Notes under the pieces: model-generated
Told to the model about the DNA's origin: nothing
The model's database searches: none
The model's input: only the letters and a program-made list of their open reading frames with translations
In this document: positions 10,441 to 20,757 of the stretch, piece by piece
How positions within the stretch are numbered: the first letter of the stretch is position 1
Layout: each line of letters opens with the position of its first letter
Position numbers and translations under genes: made by a program
Assembly: GCA_965219995.1 (NCBI GenBank)
Contig: CBDCOX010000002.1
Location: 1,216,001 to 1,280,000, forward strand
Reading direction: 5' to 3'
Source of the DNA: Candidatus Latescibacterota bacterium
GTDB taxonomy: Bacteria; Latescibacterota; UBA2968; GCA-2709665
Length of the DNA: 64,000 nt

Positions 10441-10722
10441 ATGAAGAACAAGAGCATCGGGCTCCTGGTTGTCGCGATCTTCCTGGGCATTCTGGCAAGC
10501 CAGGTCTTCGGCGCGGTACTGAACGTGGTCTTCGGCAGCCTCGGCCTGCAAGACAACATGGTCTCGAGGGTACTTGTGGATCCTCTGGTCGCCTACGAAT
10601 TCTACCCGATGCGCCTCAATCTGCTCGTAATGACGCTCACCCTGGGGTTTTCGCTCAACTTCAACGTACTCAGCCTGATCGGCATCGGAACGGCGTACTA
10701 TTACGTGAAGTACTCCTACTGA
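10441..10722 (+). CDS. Small membrane protein, DUF4321-like
   Basis: Start set at ATG 10441; N-terminal TM helix and C-terminal LNLLVMTLTLGFSLNFNVLSLIG pattern; sits within the operon. Confidence 0.65.
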   Translation: MKNKSIGLLVVAIFLGILASQVFGAVLNVVFGSLGLQDNMVSRVLVDPLVAYEFYPMRLNLLVMTLTLGFSLNFNVLSLIGIGTAYYYVKYSY

Positions 10723-10776
10723 GTGATGGCCGCGCGGGATCGGAATCGGCCGTTTTTCACAGATACGAGGTGATTC

Positions 10777-11001
10777 ATGCTGGGTGGAATCGGAACATGG
10801 GAAATCCTCCTGATCTTCCTGGTCATCCTTCTGCTGTTCGGGGCCAAACGCATTCCCGATATCGCAAAGAGCGTTGGCAAAGGAGTTACGGAATTCAAGA
10901 GAGGCCTCCGGGACATCCAGGATGAAATAGAGACCGGAGGCGACCCCCCTTCCAAGTCCGACGGCAAAACACCGGATACGGAAAAAACCGCCAAACCCTA
11001 G
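10777..11001 (+). CDS. tatA: Twin-arginine translocase TatA/TatE subunit
   Basis: [38 protein letters not shown]; RBS GAGGTG. Confidence 0.95.
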   Translation: MLGGIGTWEILLIFLVILLLFGAKRIPDIAKSVGKGVTEFKRGLRDIQDEIETGGDPPSKSDGKTPDTEKTAKP

Positions 11002-11012
11002 GGGGAGGTAAG

Positions 11013-12473
11013 TTGGCAGTCTCCGGGAAGCCACTGAACGAACGGCCCGCCCACGAACTGACGGCGTCGATTCTGTCGGGAGAAGTAACATCCCGACAGC
11101 TGGTCGAGGCCGTTTTTCGTTGCATTCGGGCGACGAATCCGGCGATCAACACATACATCACCCTGAATGAATCCGAGGCGGTCCGCAAGGCGGAGGAAGT
11201 AGACGCCAGAATATCCGCAGGGGATCCGGTCGGTCCGCTGGCGGGCATTCCCGTCGCTCTCAAAGACCTGCTTTGCACCAGAGGATTGCTCACCACCGCC
11301 GGTTCGCGCATCCTCGAGAACTTCGTTCCGCCCTACGACGCAACTTCCGTCACGCGCCTCCGCGATGCCGACGCGGTTATCGTTGGCAAACTCAATATGG
11401 ATGAGTTTGCCATGGGGTCTTCGAACGAAAACTCGGCGTACGGACCGGCGCGAAATCCCCACGATCCGGCGCGCGTGCCGGGAGGCTCCAGCGGCGCCAG
11501 CGCCGCCAGCGTAGCCGCAAACCAGACCGTGCTGGCCCTGGGCACGGATACCGGCGGCTCCATCCGCCTTCCCGCCTCCTTCTGCGGCGTGGTCGGTCTC
11601 AAGCCCACTTACGGCCGGGTCTCCCGCTACGGTCTCATTGCCTACGCGTCTTCCCTGGACCAGATTGGCCCCGTGGCGCGCAACGTGAAGGATGCAGCGC
11701 TCCTCCTGAACGTCATTTCCGGGCACGACCCGCGAGATTCCACGTCCGTGGACCTGCCGGCGCCGGACTTCACGGCGGGCATCGACGCGGGTGTCGCCGG
11801 CCGGACCATCGGTCTTCCAACGGGGTATTTCGGGGAAGGGCTGGACGACGAGGTACGGGCGTCGGTATTCCGCGGCGTTGAAATCCTGAAAGACGCCGGC
11901 GCGGAAATCCGGGAGATCGACCTCCCCATCGCGTGCCATCCGGCCTGCTCGATCGCCGCTTACTACATCATCGCCACGGGTGAGGCATCTTCGAACCTCT
12001 CCCGGTACGACGGCGTCAAGTACGGCAGTCGAACGGAGGGTGACGATCTGATCGACATGTATTGCCGGACCCGAAGCGCCGGGTTCGGTGCGGAAGTCAA
12101 ACGCCGCATCATGCTGGGCACCTACGCCCTCAGCGCCGGCTACTACGATGCCTATTACCTGAAAGCCCAGCGGGTGCGTACGCTCGTCAAGGGGGATTTC
12201 GACCGCGCCTTCGAATCCTGCGACCTGCTCGCCGCGCCCGTTTCGCCCACTCCGGCTTTCCCCATTGGCGCAAAGATCGATGACCCCCTCCAGATGTACC
12301 TCTCCGACATCTACACCGTCTCGGTCAACCTGGCGGGCATTCCGGCCATTTCGGTCCCCTGCGGCCTTTCGAACGAGGGTTTGCCCATCGGCCTGCAACT
12401 GCTGGCGCCGGCGTTCAGGGAAGAAAACCTGCTCCGGGCCGCCTACGTGGTCGAACAGGAGGCGACCCGATGA
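11013..12473 (+). CDS. gatA: Asp/Glu-tRNA amidotransferase subunit A
   Basis: [56 protein letters not shown]. Confidence 0.98.
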   Translation: MAVSGKPLNERPAHELTASILSGEVTSRQLVEAVFRCIRATNPAINTYITLNESEAVRKAEEVDARISAGDPVGPLAGIPVALKDLLCTRGLLTTAGSRILENFVPPYDATSVTRLRDADAVIVGKLNMDEFAMGSSNENSAYGPARNPHDPARVPGGSSGASAASVAANQTVLALGTDTGGSIRLPASFCGVVGLKPTYGRVSRYGLIAYASSLDQIGPVARNVKDAALLLNVISGHDPRDSTSVDLPAPDFTAGIDAGVAGRTIGLPTGYFGEGLDDEVRASVFRGVEILKDAGAEIREIDLPIACHPACSIAAYYIIATGEASSNLSRYDGVKYGSRTEGDDLIDMYCRTRSAGFGAEVKRRIMLGTYALSAGYYDAYYLKAQRVRTLVKGDFDRAFESCDLLAAPVSPTPAFPIGAKIDDPLQMYLSDIYTVSVNLAGIPAISVPCGLSNEGLPIGLQLLAPAFREENLLRAAYVVEQEATR

Positions 12474-13936
12474 GATACGAGTCCGTCATCGGTCTGGAGG
12501 TCCATGCGCAGCTTGCCACGAAGACCAAGATATTCTGCGGCTGCAGCGTGTCGTACGGCGACGAAGCCAATTCGCACACCTGTCCGGTCTGCCTGGGGCT
12601 GCCCGGTGCGCTGCCGGTGTTGAACCGGGAGGCCGTCGAGCACACCATTCGCATTGCCCTGGCGGTTGGCTGCACGGTTCAGCGCCGAAGCCGCTTCCTG
12701 AGGAAGAATTATTTCTACCCGGATCTGCCGAAGGGGTATCAGATTTCGCAGTTCCAGTCCAACGAGGAAATGCCGCTGGCCACGGGAGGCAGTATCGAGA
12801 TCCCGTCCGGCAGCGGCACAAAGACCGTGCGTCTCATCCGCATCCACATGGAAGAAGACGCGGGCAAGAGCATCCACGACGAGGCGTTTGTCGCCGCCGG
12901 CGAGTCACTGGTGGACGTCAACCGCTGCGGGGTCCCGCTAATCGAAATCGTCAGCGAACCGGACATCTCGACGCCGGAAGAAGCCACCCATTTCATGACC
13001 CGCCTGCGACAGCTGCTGATCTACACGGGGGTCTCTGAAGGGGACATGGAAAAGGGCCACGTCCGAATCGACGCCAACGTATCGATCCGACCGGAAGGCG
13101 CGACCGGGCTCGGCACCAAGGTCGAGATCAAGAATATGAACTCCATTCGCAACTGCAGGCGGGCCCTTGAAGCCGAAATCCTGCGCCAGATCGACACGCT
13201 GGAGACCGGCGGCGACGTCATGCAGGAAACCCTGTTGTACGATCCCGACCGCAACCGGTTGCGAACGATGCGCGGCAAGGAATCCTCCGACGACTACCGG
13301 TATTTCCCCGAGCCCGATCTGGTTCCGGTTGTCGTCGATCCGGAATGGGCGGACCGGGTCCTGGCCGCCGTTCCGGAACTGCCCGAAGCGAAACGCGCCC
13401 GTTTCGAGCTTGAATACGCGCTGAGAACATCCCAGATCGAGACCCTGACCGCCGACCGGAGCGTGGCCGAATACTATGAAGCCGCCGTGTCGGCCGGGGC
13501 AGAGCCCGCCACAGCCGCAAACTGGGTCCTGGGCGACGTCCTGCGGACCCTCAACGAACGCAAGATTGACATCGATCAACTCAAGGCCGCCCCGGCAGAT
13601 CTGGCGGCGCTGCTCAAGTTGATCGAGGGCGGCGCCATCAGCGCGAGCGTCGGGAGGACCGTATTCGCCCGGATGGCCGAAACCGGCGACGCACCCGAAG
13701 CCGTCGTCGAACAGCAGGGACTCGCGCAGATCAGCGATTCGTCCCGGATCGACGGCCTGATCGATACGTTGATTACACAGCACCCCGACACCGTGGAGCG
13801 ATACCGGAAAGGCGACGGAAAGCTGCTGGGGTTCTTTATGGGGCAGATCATGAAGGCTACAAAAGGCCGGGCGAACCCGGGAATGGCGAATCAGCTGTTG
13901 CGGGAGAAGCTGAAGGCCAAACCCCCGTCCTCCTGA
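12470..13936 (+). CDS. gatB: Asp/Glu-tRNA amidotransferase subunit B
   Basis: [50 protein letters not shown]; ATGA overlap with gatA. Confidence 0.98.
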   Translation: MRYESVIGLEVHAQLATKTKIFCGCSVSYGDEANSHTCPVCLGLPGALPVLNREAVEHTIRIALAVGCTVQRRSRFLRKNYFYPDLPKGYQISQFQSNEEMPLATGGSIEIPSGSGTKTVRLIRIHMEEDAGKSIHDEAFVAAGESLVDVNRCGVPLIEIVSEPDISTPEEATHFMTRLRQLLIYTGVSEGDMEKGHVRIDANVSIRPEGATGLGTKVEIKNMNSIRNCRRALEAEILRQIDTLETGGDVMQETLLYDPDRNRLRTMRGKESSDDYRYFPEPDLVPVVVDPEWADRVLAAVPELPEAKRARFELEYALRTSQIETLTADRSVAEYYEAAVSAGAEPATAANWVLGDVLRTLNERKIDIDQLKAAPADLAALLKLIEGGAISASVGRTVFARMAETGDAPEAVVEQQGLAQISDSSRIDGLIDTLITQHPDTVERYRKGDGKLLGFFMGQIMKATKGRANPGMANQLLREKLKAKPPSS

Positions 13937-13956
13937 CGGGCAGGCCGACGAAAGCC

Positions 13957-14637
13957 ATGAGTACACATCTCGTCATCTTTGCCAGGAATCCCGTTCCAGG
14001 TGCGGTCAAGACGCGCCTTCATTCCGGGTATACACCGACTCAGGCGGCGGCAATCTACCGCGCCTTTGTCCTGGATACGCTGGACGTTGCGATGCAGGCC
14101 AGGGCGGACAGGCGCTGCGTGGCCTTCGATCCGCCGGGAGCGGAAGCCGAACTCGCCGATCTGGTCGGCCCGGGCTGGGTGCTCTTTCCCCAGGTTTCCG
14201 GCGACCTGGGCGAACGCATGTACCGGGCGGCACGCCACTGTTTCGACCAGGGCGCGCGGCGCGTCGGGATAATGGGATCCGACGTTCCTTCGCTGCCACC
14301 GCACCACATCGATTTGGCATTCGAACTCCTGGAAGGCAACGAGGTCGTGCTCGGGCCCAGCATGGACGGCGGGTACTATCTCGTTGGCATGTCGCGACCG
14401 GTCCGGGAGATCTTCCGCGACGTCGCGTGGAGCACCGCACGGGTGTACACGCAGACGCTCGAGCGGGCCAGGGCCGCCGGGCTCACCGTTGGGATTCTGC
14501 CGTCGTGGCACGACGTGGACACGCCCCGTCAGCTGGATCATCTCGTCCGCCACGCGCGCGTCCAACGCAACGCCGGCACGGTCGACCCCATTCCTCACAC
14601 CCGCGCCTGCCTCTCAACCCTCGACGGCCTCGTCTAG
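13957..14637 (+). CDS. DUF2064 / TIGR04282-like glycosyltransferase-fold protein
   Basis: FARNPVPGAVKTRL, QVSGDLGERM, GSDVP, LGPSMDGGYYLVG, WHDVDT. Confidence 0.85.
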   Translation: MSTHLVIFARNPVPGAVKTRLHSGYTPTQAAAIYRAFVLDTLDVAMQARADRRCVAFDPPGAEAELADLVGPGWVLFPQVSGDLGERMYRAARHCFDQGARRVGIMGSDVPSLPPHHIDLAFELLEGNEVVLGPSMDGGYYLVGMSRPVREIFRDVAWSTARVYTQTLERARAAGLTVGILPSWHDVDTPRQLDHLVRHARVQRNAGTVDPIPHTRACLSTLDGLV

Positions 14638-14688
14638 CGTGGCTGGACCGTTACGGCTGGCGGCGATGCCGCCGCAGGGGAGTCCAGG

Positions 14689-15831
14689 ATGAAAATTAGA
14701 CGCATGGAGCAGTTTTTCCCGCGCCCTCGCACCCGCCTGCTGAAAATCACAACCGATAGCGGCCTCGACGGTTGGGGGGAAACCACCCTGGAGGGCAGAC
14801 CCGGAAGCACCGTTGCCGCGGTGGAAGAACTGTCGGCCTATCTCATCGGTAAAGACCCGCTCCGGATCCAGCACCACTGGCAGCACATCTACCGTTCAGC
14901 GTTCTACCGTGGAGGCGCCGTCCTCATGACGGCGCTGTCGGGCATCGACCAGGCGCTGTGGGATATCGCGGGCAAGCACTATGGCGTACCGGTACACCGG
15001 TTGCTCGGCGGACCGGTGAGGGACCGGATCCGGGTCTACGCACACTGGGGCATCGGCGGCCTTACGGAAGACGAACAGGCTGCGTCACGACAACGCCTGG
15101 ACAGCCTCCGGAAAAAGGGCGGTTACAAGGCGTTCAAGACCGGACCCGGGGGCAAGTGGCGGGGGCACGAACCTCCCGCCGTTATCGATGAATTCGTCCG
15201 CCGTGCCTACATGATGCGGGAGTGGGTCGGACCCGACGTGGAGCTCTGTTTCGACTTCCACGGAAAGATGACACCGGCGCTGGCGGTGGAAATCTGCCAG
15301 GAGCTCAGAGGCATGCGCCCGATGTTTGTCGAAGAACCTGTGCCGCAGGAGAACGCGGATGCACTGAAGCACGTCTCCGACCGGGTCCCCTTTCCCGTCG
15401 CCACGGGTGAGCGGCTGCTCAGCAGGTGGGAATTCCGGCGCATTTTCGAAACCCAGGCGGTCGCGTACATCCAGCCGGACGTTTCTCACGCCGGCGGCAT
15501 TTCGGAAACCATGAGAATCGCCAACATGGCCGAAGTCTATTACATGCACGTCATGCCCCATTGCGCCATCGGACCCGTTGCGTTCTCGTCGTGCCTTCAC
15601 GTCGACGCCTCCGTGCCCAACTTTCTGATTCAGGAGCAGGTCGACGCGTGTCTTGGAGAAGGTCTGCTGAAGCATCCCTGGCAGGTGAAAGACGGACACA
15701 TCCCCCTTCCGGCCGGGCCCGGCCTCGGCATTGAGCCCGACGAACGTGAAGTACGCAAGATGAGCGACTACACGGAGGAACTCGGCGGCGAATATTATTA
15801 CCCGTCCGACGGGAGTGTGGCCGACTGGTAG
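14689..15831 (+). CDS. Galactonate-dehydratase-like enzyme, mandelate racemase/enolase superfamily
   Basis: GWGETTLEG, YRSAFYRGG, SGIDQALWDI, DFHG, FVEEP, ATGERL, QPDVSHAGG; C-terminal DGSVADW as in DgoD; substrate uncertain. Confidence 0.88.
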   Translation: MKIRRMEQFFPRPRTRLLKITTDSGLDGWGETTLEGRPGSTVAAVEELSAYLIGKDPLRIQHHWQHIYRSAFYRGGAVLMTALSGIDQALWDIAGKHYGVPVHRLLGGPVRDRIRVYAHWGIGGLTEDEQAASRQRLDSLRKKGGYKAFKTGPGGKWRGHEPPAVIDEFVRRAYMMREWVGPDVELCFDFHGKMTPALAVEICQELRGMRPMFVEEPVPQENADALKHVSDRVPFPVATGERLLSRWEFRRIFETQAVAYIQPDVSHAGGISETMRIANMAEVYYMHVMPHCAIGPVAFSSCLHVDASVPNFLIQEQVDACLGEGLLKHPWQVKDGHIPLPAGPGLGIEPDEREVRKMSDYTEELGGEYYYPSDGSVADW

Positions 15832-15902
15832 GTGCGCCGGGTACCGCCGGCGAACATCGGATTCGCGGCGCCGGCGGGCGACCGCGTAGGCGATTCTCTT
15901 GA

Positions 15903-17168
15903 TCAACGCCAGTGTCGCCGGACCGGCACCGGCACGATCGACATCTCCCAGTAGTCCTCGGGCAGATCCTGCCACCGCGCCATGCTCATGGCGTCCCTGT
16001 CCCATACCACCTCGCCGCTACGGAGCGTCAGTTTGCACTCCAGACGCTCGTCCCCGTCCATCCTCCCCCATCCGCAGTCCCTGAACGAAAACGCTCCCTC
16101 GAGGCGCGCGAGTACCGCGACGTCGGCTTCCGCGCCCACCCCGAGCGTGCCCAGGTCCGGCCGGCGGATCGCCTGCGCCGGCGTTGCCGTGGACCGGTAG
16201 ATCACCTCCCGCAAGGGCATCCCCATCAGGAGGCACTTGGACATCGTGTCGGTCATGCTGACCACGGACCCGTGGATATTTCCGGTATGCAGGTCCGTGC
16301 TGATGGAATCCGGCGGAAATCCTTCCGCGATGGCGGGGACGCCGTTGCGGTACCAGAAACTCGCCGCGCCGTGGCCCAGGTCGAACCAGACGCCCCGGTC
16401 CCTGGCCTCGACCATGTGGTCCCGGATCCGCCCGTTCCGGTCGATCACGGGAAACTGCCGGGCGAATACATGCGTGTGAATATCCCCGGGACGCAGCTTC
16501 CGCAGGATCAGGTCCGGATAGGACCGCTCCGGCGGCCGGGGCCAGAAGTCGACCATCACGGGCATCCCGCACAGGTCGCCGGCCTCCACAGCCCCATCCA
16601 CGGACGCCCAGGGGGGATGGCTGGCGTCGAACGGTCCGCGCGGCCAGTAGTGGGCCGTCTTGATGCCGACAACCACGTCCCGGTGTTCCTTCGCCGCCGA
16701 GGCCGCGCCCGAAGCGTCGAACGTGCGGATATCCTGCTCCGAATTTCCCATCCCCGGCGCCGAGATGTTGACGAACGCCAGGATCCGGCAGATCTTTTTC
16801 TCCATCACACTCTGCCTGAAATGCGCGATCTCCTCACACCCCGCCGTGCCCGTATCCACGCAGGTCGTCACCCCATCGCTCAGAAAATGCGCATCCGCGT
16901 TCAGACTGCTGGTGAATTTTCCGGACCCCGGATCCAGCCTGGTGTCGTAGGCATGGACATGAATGTCCACCAGCCCCGGCGTGACCAGCAGGCCCGATAC
17001 GTCGATGACGTGCGATGCCCGGTCCGCGGCGATCCGGTCCGAAACCTCGGCGATTTTTCCGTCCCGAATGCCCACGTCACGGTTTCCTTCGACTTCGTTC
17101 GCGGGATCGATGACGTACCCGCCCTTCAGCAGCAAATCCAACCGAACGTCCTCCGGCACACGTTCCAT
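15903..17168 (-). CDS. Amidohydrolase / deacetylase, dihydroorotase-like metallohydrolase
   Basis: PGLVDIHVH, GVTTCVDTG, RPGDIHTH, DLGHGAASF, ISTDLH; start moved to ATG 17168 behind AAGGAG. Confidence 0.88.
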   Translation of the reverse strand: MERVPEDVRLDLLLKGGYVIDPANEVEGNRDVGIRDGKIAEVSDRIAADRASHVIDVSGLLVTPGLVDIHVHAYDTRLDPGSGKFTSSLNADAHFLSDGVTTCVDTGTAGCEEIAHFRQSVMEKKICRILAFVNISAPGMGNSEQDIRTFDASGAASAAKEHRDVVVGIKTAHYWPRGPFDASHPPWASVDGAVEAGDLCGMPVMVDFWPRPPERSYPDLILRKLRPGDIHTHVFARQFPVIDRNGRIRDHMVEARDRGVWFDLGHGAASFWYRNGVPAIAEGFPPDSISTDLHTGNIHGSVVSMTDTMSKCLLMGMPLREVIYRSTATPAQAIRRPDLGTLGVGAEADVAVLARLEGAFSFRDCGWGRMDGDERLECKLTLRSGEVVWDRDAMSMARWQDLPEDYWEMSIVPVPVRRHWR

Positions 17169-17223
17169 TTTTCCATGCTCCTTTAATGGGAATTTCCCGG
17201 GTTTCCGCCCGGCCACTAGAATT

Positions 17224-17251
17224 TTGAAATTGCACCGCCGTATGTTATATT
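17224..17251 (+). promoter_or_regulatory. Possible extended -10 promoter
   Basis: TTGAAA (17224-17229), 16 bp, TG-T-TATATT (-10 at 17246-17251). Confidence 0.45.
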
Positions 17252-17348
17252 GTAGACCGCCTGCCCAAAGTCGCGGACGGTCGACGCAACCGCAGGCAGG
17301 ATCTGAAACAAACAGGATTCAACCCGGCACATCTGAGAAGGAATCAGC

Positions 17349-17891
17349 GTGAAGCGGAAGAAGCTCGGACTCAATAAATATCAGAAGCGGGCCTTCAGAA
17401 TCGGGGAAGCGCGCGTCAGCGGCGAAAATATCGGAAGGCTGATAGACCTCGCCCGCAGCCCCCGCCCGGAAGATCGCGAAACCGCCGCCAGATTCCTGTG
17501 CCCCTGCCACGTCCGCCGCCGCAGGGAGGACGTCTGGCATGCGCTCTACCGGATGCTCGAAGACCCCGACCGGCGCGTGCGCAAGGCCGCGTGGCACACC
17601 CTGGAAGACGGCGGGAGACCGGACGATGCCGTTTTGGATACCATCTTCGAACGCGCGGCGCAGGAAGACCCCGACAAGGGCATTCGACAGCAGGCGGCCG
17701 CCTATCTGAAGGCGCGACGGGGACCCGCGGACGCCGCACTTCAGGCGGATGCTGAAGCCGGTTACCGAAACCGCGGCAAGTGCGATTTCTGCGGTTCAAC
17801 GGATGTATTCGTAAGAACAGACATTGAAACCGAAATCCCTGACGACGGACGGATGCGCTTCAGTCTCGCCTGCGAGGACTGCGCCAACTGA
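17349..17891 (+). CDS. HEAT-repeat protein with C-terminal putative zinc ribbon
   Basis: HEAT-like LEDPDRRVRKAAWHTL and EDPDKGIRQQAA; CDFCG...CEDC; also a CPCH motif. Confidence 0.72.
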   Translation: MKRKKLGLNKYQKRAFRIGEARVSGENIGRLIDLARSPRPEDRETAARFLCPCHVRRRREDVWHALYRMLEDPDRRVRKAAWHTLEDGGRPDDAVLDTIFERAAQEDPDKGIRQQAAAYLKARRGPADAALQADAEAGYRNRGKCDFCGSTDVFVRTDIETEIPDDGRMRFSLACEDCAN

Positions 17892-17919
17892 GTGCCGCGT
17901 CCGAAGTGGAGGACGAAAC

Positions 17920-18711
17920 ATGCAGATCATTGTCCGCAACGAAGACGAACTCAAGGATAGCTGGAACAGACTTCAGAATTTCCTCTTCGACCCTGAATAC
18001 TTCAAGTTTGAGATGGAGTTCCCCTCCGCCGCGGAGATCGTGGACATTCTCCGAAAGGACAACCAGGCACGAATCAACATTCCCGGCAACCTTCCGGAAG
18101 ACGAAGAAAACGAGAAACGTGAGGAATTCAAAACACTGCCTATCGCCGACGTCATCGACCGTCCGTTTTCACTTGCCCACTTTCACCTTCAGAACTTCTA
18201 CGGCGAGGGTCGATTCCTGCGGGACTTCCAGAAGAAGGTGATGATTCCGTGGCGCACCTTTCTTGCGTCGAGCGGATTCACCTGGCAGAGATGCTATCCC
18301 ATCATTTTCATTTCCGGAAAGCATTGCAGTTCTTCCTACCACATGGATACATCGCACGTCGTCGCGTGGCAGGTATGGGGGGTAAAATACTTCAATGCAT
18401 TCAAAGATCCCTACAAATATGCGCCCCTGGATGACGCCGTCAACAACCGTGAGTCGCTCAGAGGGCCCGACGGGCCGCCGGAACACGATCCCGGCGACGT
18501 TCTTTCCTACAAAATGGAAAAGGGCGACCTGCTCTGGAACCAGCTGCTCACCCCCCACTGGGTGCCCGCGGGAGACAGCGTTGCCGTGAGCGTCAACATC
18601 TCGCACGGCGGCATCGCCTGCGGCGGACAGTTCAGCCCCAACGAAACGGCACTGAGAGAACGCTGGAAGAACCATCCCGGGGAAGCCTGGCTCGTGGACA
18701 CCCGTTACTGA
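17920..18711 (+). CDS. JmjC/cupin-like Fe(II)/2-oxoglutarate-type protein
   Basis: RBS GGAGGA then ATG 17920; YHMD...WQVWGVKYF...GDLLW...PHWV gives an HxD...H triad. Confidence 0.72.
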   Translation: MQIIVRNEDELKDSWNRLQNFLFDPEYFKFEMEFPSAAEIVDILRKDNQARINIPGNLPEDEENEKREEFKTLPIADVIDRPFSLAHFHLQNFYGEGRFLRDFQKKVMIPWRTFLASSGFTWQRCYPIIFISGKHCSSSYHMDTSHVVAWQVWGVKYFNAFKDPYKYAPLDDAVNNRESLRGPDGPPEHDPGDVLSYKMEKGDLLWNQLLTPHWVPAGDSVAVSVNISHGGIACGGQFSPNETALRERWKNHPGEAWLVDTRY

Positions 18712-18854
18712 CAGGGTGCGACCATACTGGCGAGACCTTCTGCTGACGGAATCGCCTCCAAGCCGGAATTCTCGCGCAGGCGATTCCGGCATCGGTTCCG
18801 GACGAAGCAGCAAATGTCGGCGGCGGTCACTGTCGTTTAATTCTCGAAAACCAA

Positions 18855-19685
18855 ATGGCGTACGAAAAACCAGACGCACCTCCGGTTTCAGAATGGCAGC
18901 GGCGTCTACGGAACATCTTTTTTGATCCGGACACGCCCGCGGGACGCCGGTTTGCCCTCGTTCTCATCGTCAGCATCGTCCTCAGCGTGCTGACCGTGAT
19001 GCTGGACAGCATCGATACGGTAAGGGCGACCCACGGCGAACTGCTTTACGTCATCGAATGGTTTTTTACGCTGGTCTTCACCCTCGAATACCTCATGCGG
19101 TTGATCTGCGTCGAGCGTCGATTGAAATATGCAACATCCTTCTTCGGTGTCGTTGACCTGCTTGCCATTATCCCCACTTACATCAGTCTTCTTCTGCCTG
19201 GCAGCCAATATCTCGTTGTCATCCGTGTGCTCCGCGTACTGCGCGTTTTTCGCGTCCTCAAACTCGTGCAGTACATGCACGCGGCCCGTATGATGGCCCG
19301 CGCAGTCCAGTCGAGTTACAGGAAGGTTGCCGTTTTTGCGGTTACGGTGATGACGGCAGTCGTGATCCTTGGCTCCCTGATGTACATCATTGAAACACCC
19401 GAGAACGGCTTCACCAGCATCCCCCGCAGCATCTACTGGGCAATCGTGACCCTCACGACCGTCGGATACGGCGATATCTCCCCGAAAACCGCACCCGGCC
19501 AACTCCTTGCGACCGTTGTCATGTTGCTGGGCTTCAGCATAATCGCAGTGCCCTCCGGTATCCTGTCGGTTGAAATCTTCCAGGCCGCGAAAGGCAGGTC
19601 CGCCGAGCGGTACTGCCCGGGATGTAACGCGGAGACCCGTGAGGCCGATGCGAACTATTGTCGATATTGCGGCACGAAACTATAG
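18855..19685 (+). CDS. Six-TM voltage-gated-type potassium channel
   Basis: S4-like IRVLRVLRVFRVLKL; filter TTVGYGD; C-terminal CxxC...CxxC. Confidence 0.93.
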   Translation: MAYEKPDAPPVSEWQRRLRNIFFDPDTPAGRRFALVLIVSIVLSVLTVMLDSIDTVRATHGELLYVIEWFFTLVFTLEYLMRLICVERRLKYATSFFGVVDLLAIIPTYISLLLPGSQYLVVIRVLRVLRVFRVLKLVQYMHAARMMARAVQSSYRKVAVFAVTVMTAVVILGSLMYIIETPENGFTSIPRSIYWAIVTLTTVGYGDISPKTAPGQLLATVVMLLGFSIIAVPSGILSVEIFQAAKGRSAERYCPGCNAETREADANYCRYCGTKL

Positions 19686-20658
19686 GCTGCTGACCGTGCT
19701 CGTGGCCGCGGGGATGGCGGTCGCTCTTTTTCTTCCGGCATCCGGGACGCCGGAACAGCAGGCTGCAGACCTGTGCGCCGGCGCCGAAGCCGCACGAAGA
19801 CACGGGGACGACGAATCGGCGATGGCGATCTACCGGGAAGCCGTCGGCATTCATTCTGAATCCGTATGTGCACGATTGGGCCTTGCAGGCCTTCTGATTG
19901 AACGGCGAAAACTTGCCGAAGCAGCGGAAACCCTGAAGGCGGTATCACCCGCCCGGTTGCGTCCCAGTGAATGGATGGAATACGCACGCGCGCTTGGAAA
20001 CGCACGGGCTGACAACGAGGCCCAATCTGCATATCTGATGGCCGCCGCGAAAATGCCGGAGGACCCCGGACCCGCCCTGGAGTTGGCCGAATTCCACCTC
20101 GCGGCGGGAAGACCCGACAACGCAGAATCCCAGTTCCGGCGTGCAAGATCTCTGGGCGGCGATCCGGGCGCGATTCACGCCGGCCTGGGGCGCGCGTTCG
20201 TCAGCCGCGGGAGACTCGACTCGGCCGCCGTCCGCTTCCGGCTTGCGCTTCAGAGAGACCCGGCCGACGTCGAATTGCTCTGTGACACCGCCCGGAACGA
20301 GCTCCAGCGTAAGCGGCCGCGCGCCGGACTGCGCCATCTCCGCCGCGCCGTCGCACTGGATCCGCATCTGCCTCGCGCACGGTACCTGCTGGGACGGACG
20401 CTGCTCGCACTCGGGCATGAAAGGGAGGCCCGGGCTCAACTGGATATCTTCAACCGCCAGAACAGGCTGGCCAATCGCATACGCGTACTGAAACATCGCG
20501 TTGCCGAGAACCCGACGGCGGAAGACTATCAGGCGCTGTCGCACCTTTACAGTCTGACGGGACGGGACAGCCTGGCGTCGTCCTGCCTGCAGCGGGCCAC
20601 CGCGCTGAACCCGCTGGTAACCGCGCCGCACGAGGCCCAGGGCGCCGTCCGCTTCTGA
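19648..20658 (+). CDS. Exported tetratricopeptide-repeat protein (start uncertain)
   Basis: Hydrophobic signal LLTVLVAAGMAVALFLPA; TPR-like units such as RRAVALDPHLPRARYLLGRTL. Confidence 0.78.
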   Translation: MRTIVDIAARNYRLLTVLVAAGMAVALFLPASGTPEQQAADLCAGAEAARRHGDDESAMAIYREAVGIHSESVCARLGLAGLLIERRKLAEAAETLKAVSPARLRPSEWMEYARALGNARADNEAQSAYLMAAAKMPEDPGPALELAEFHLAAGRPDNAESQFRRARSLGGDPGAIHAGLGRAFVSRGRLDSAAVRFRLALQRDPADVELLCDTARNELQRKRPRAGLRHLRRAVALDPHLPRARYLLGRTLLALGHEREARAQLDIFNRQNRLANRIRVLKHRVAENPTAEDYQALSHLYSLTGRDSLASSCLQRATALNPLVTAPHEAQGAVRF

Positions 20659-20757
20659 CCTCGTCGTTTCGCGAAAATGCGCCCCTCGGGTCGGCGCCTT
20701 CCTTCCCCGCGCCGGACGTCGGACAACCTGAACCGCGTTCGAGAAAACGTACATCTC

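Noticed and set aside
11013-13936. Missing gatC next to gatAB
   Set aside because: gatC is often encoded elsewhere; absence from one window is uninformative
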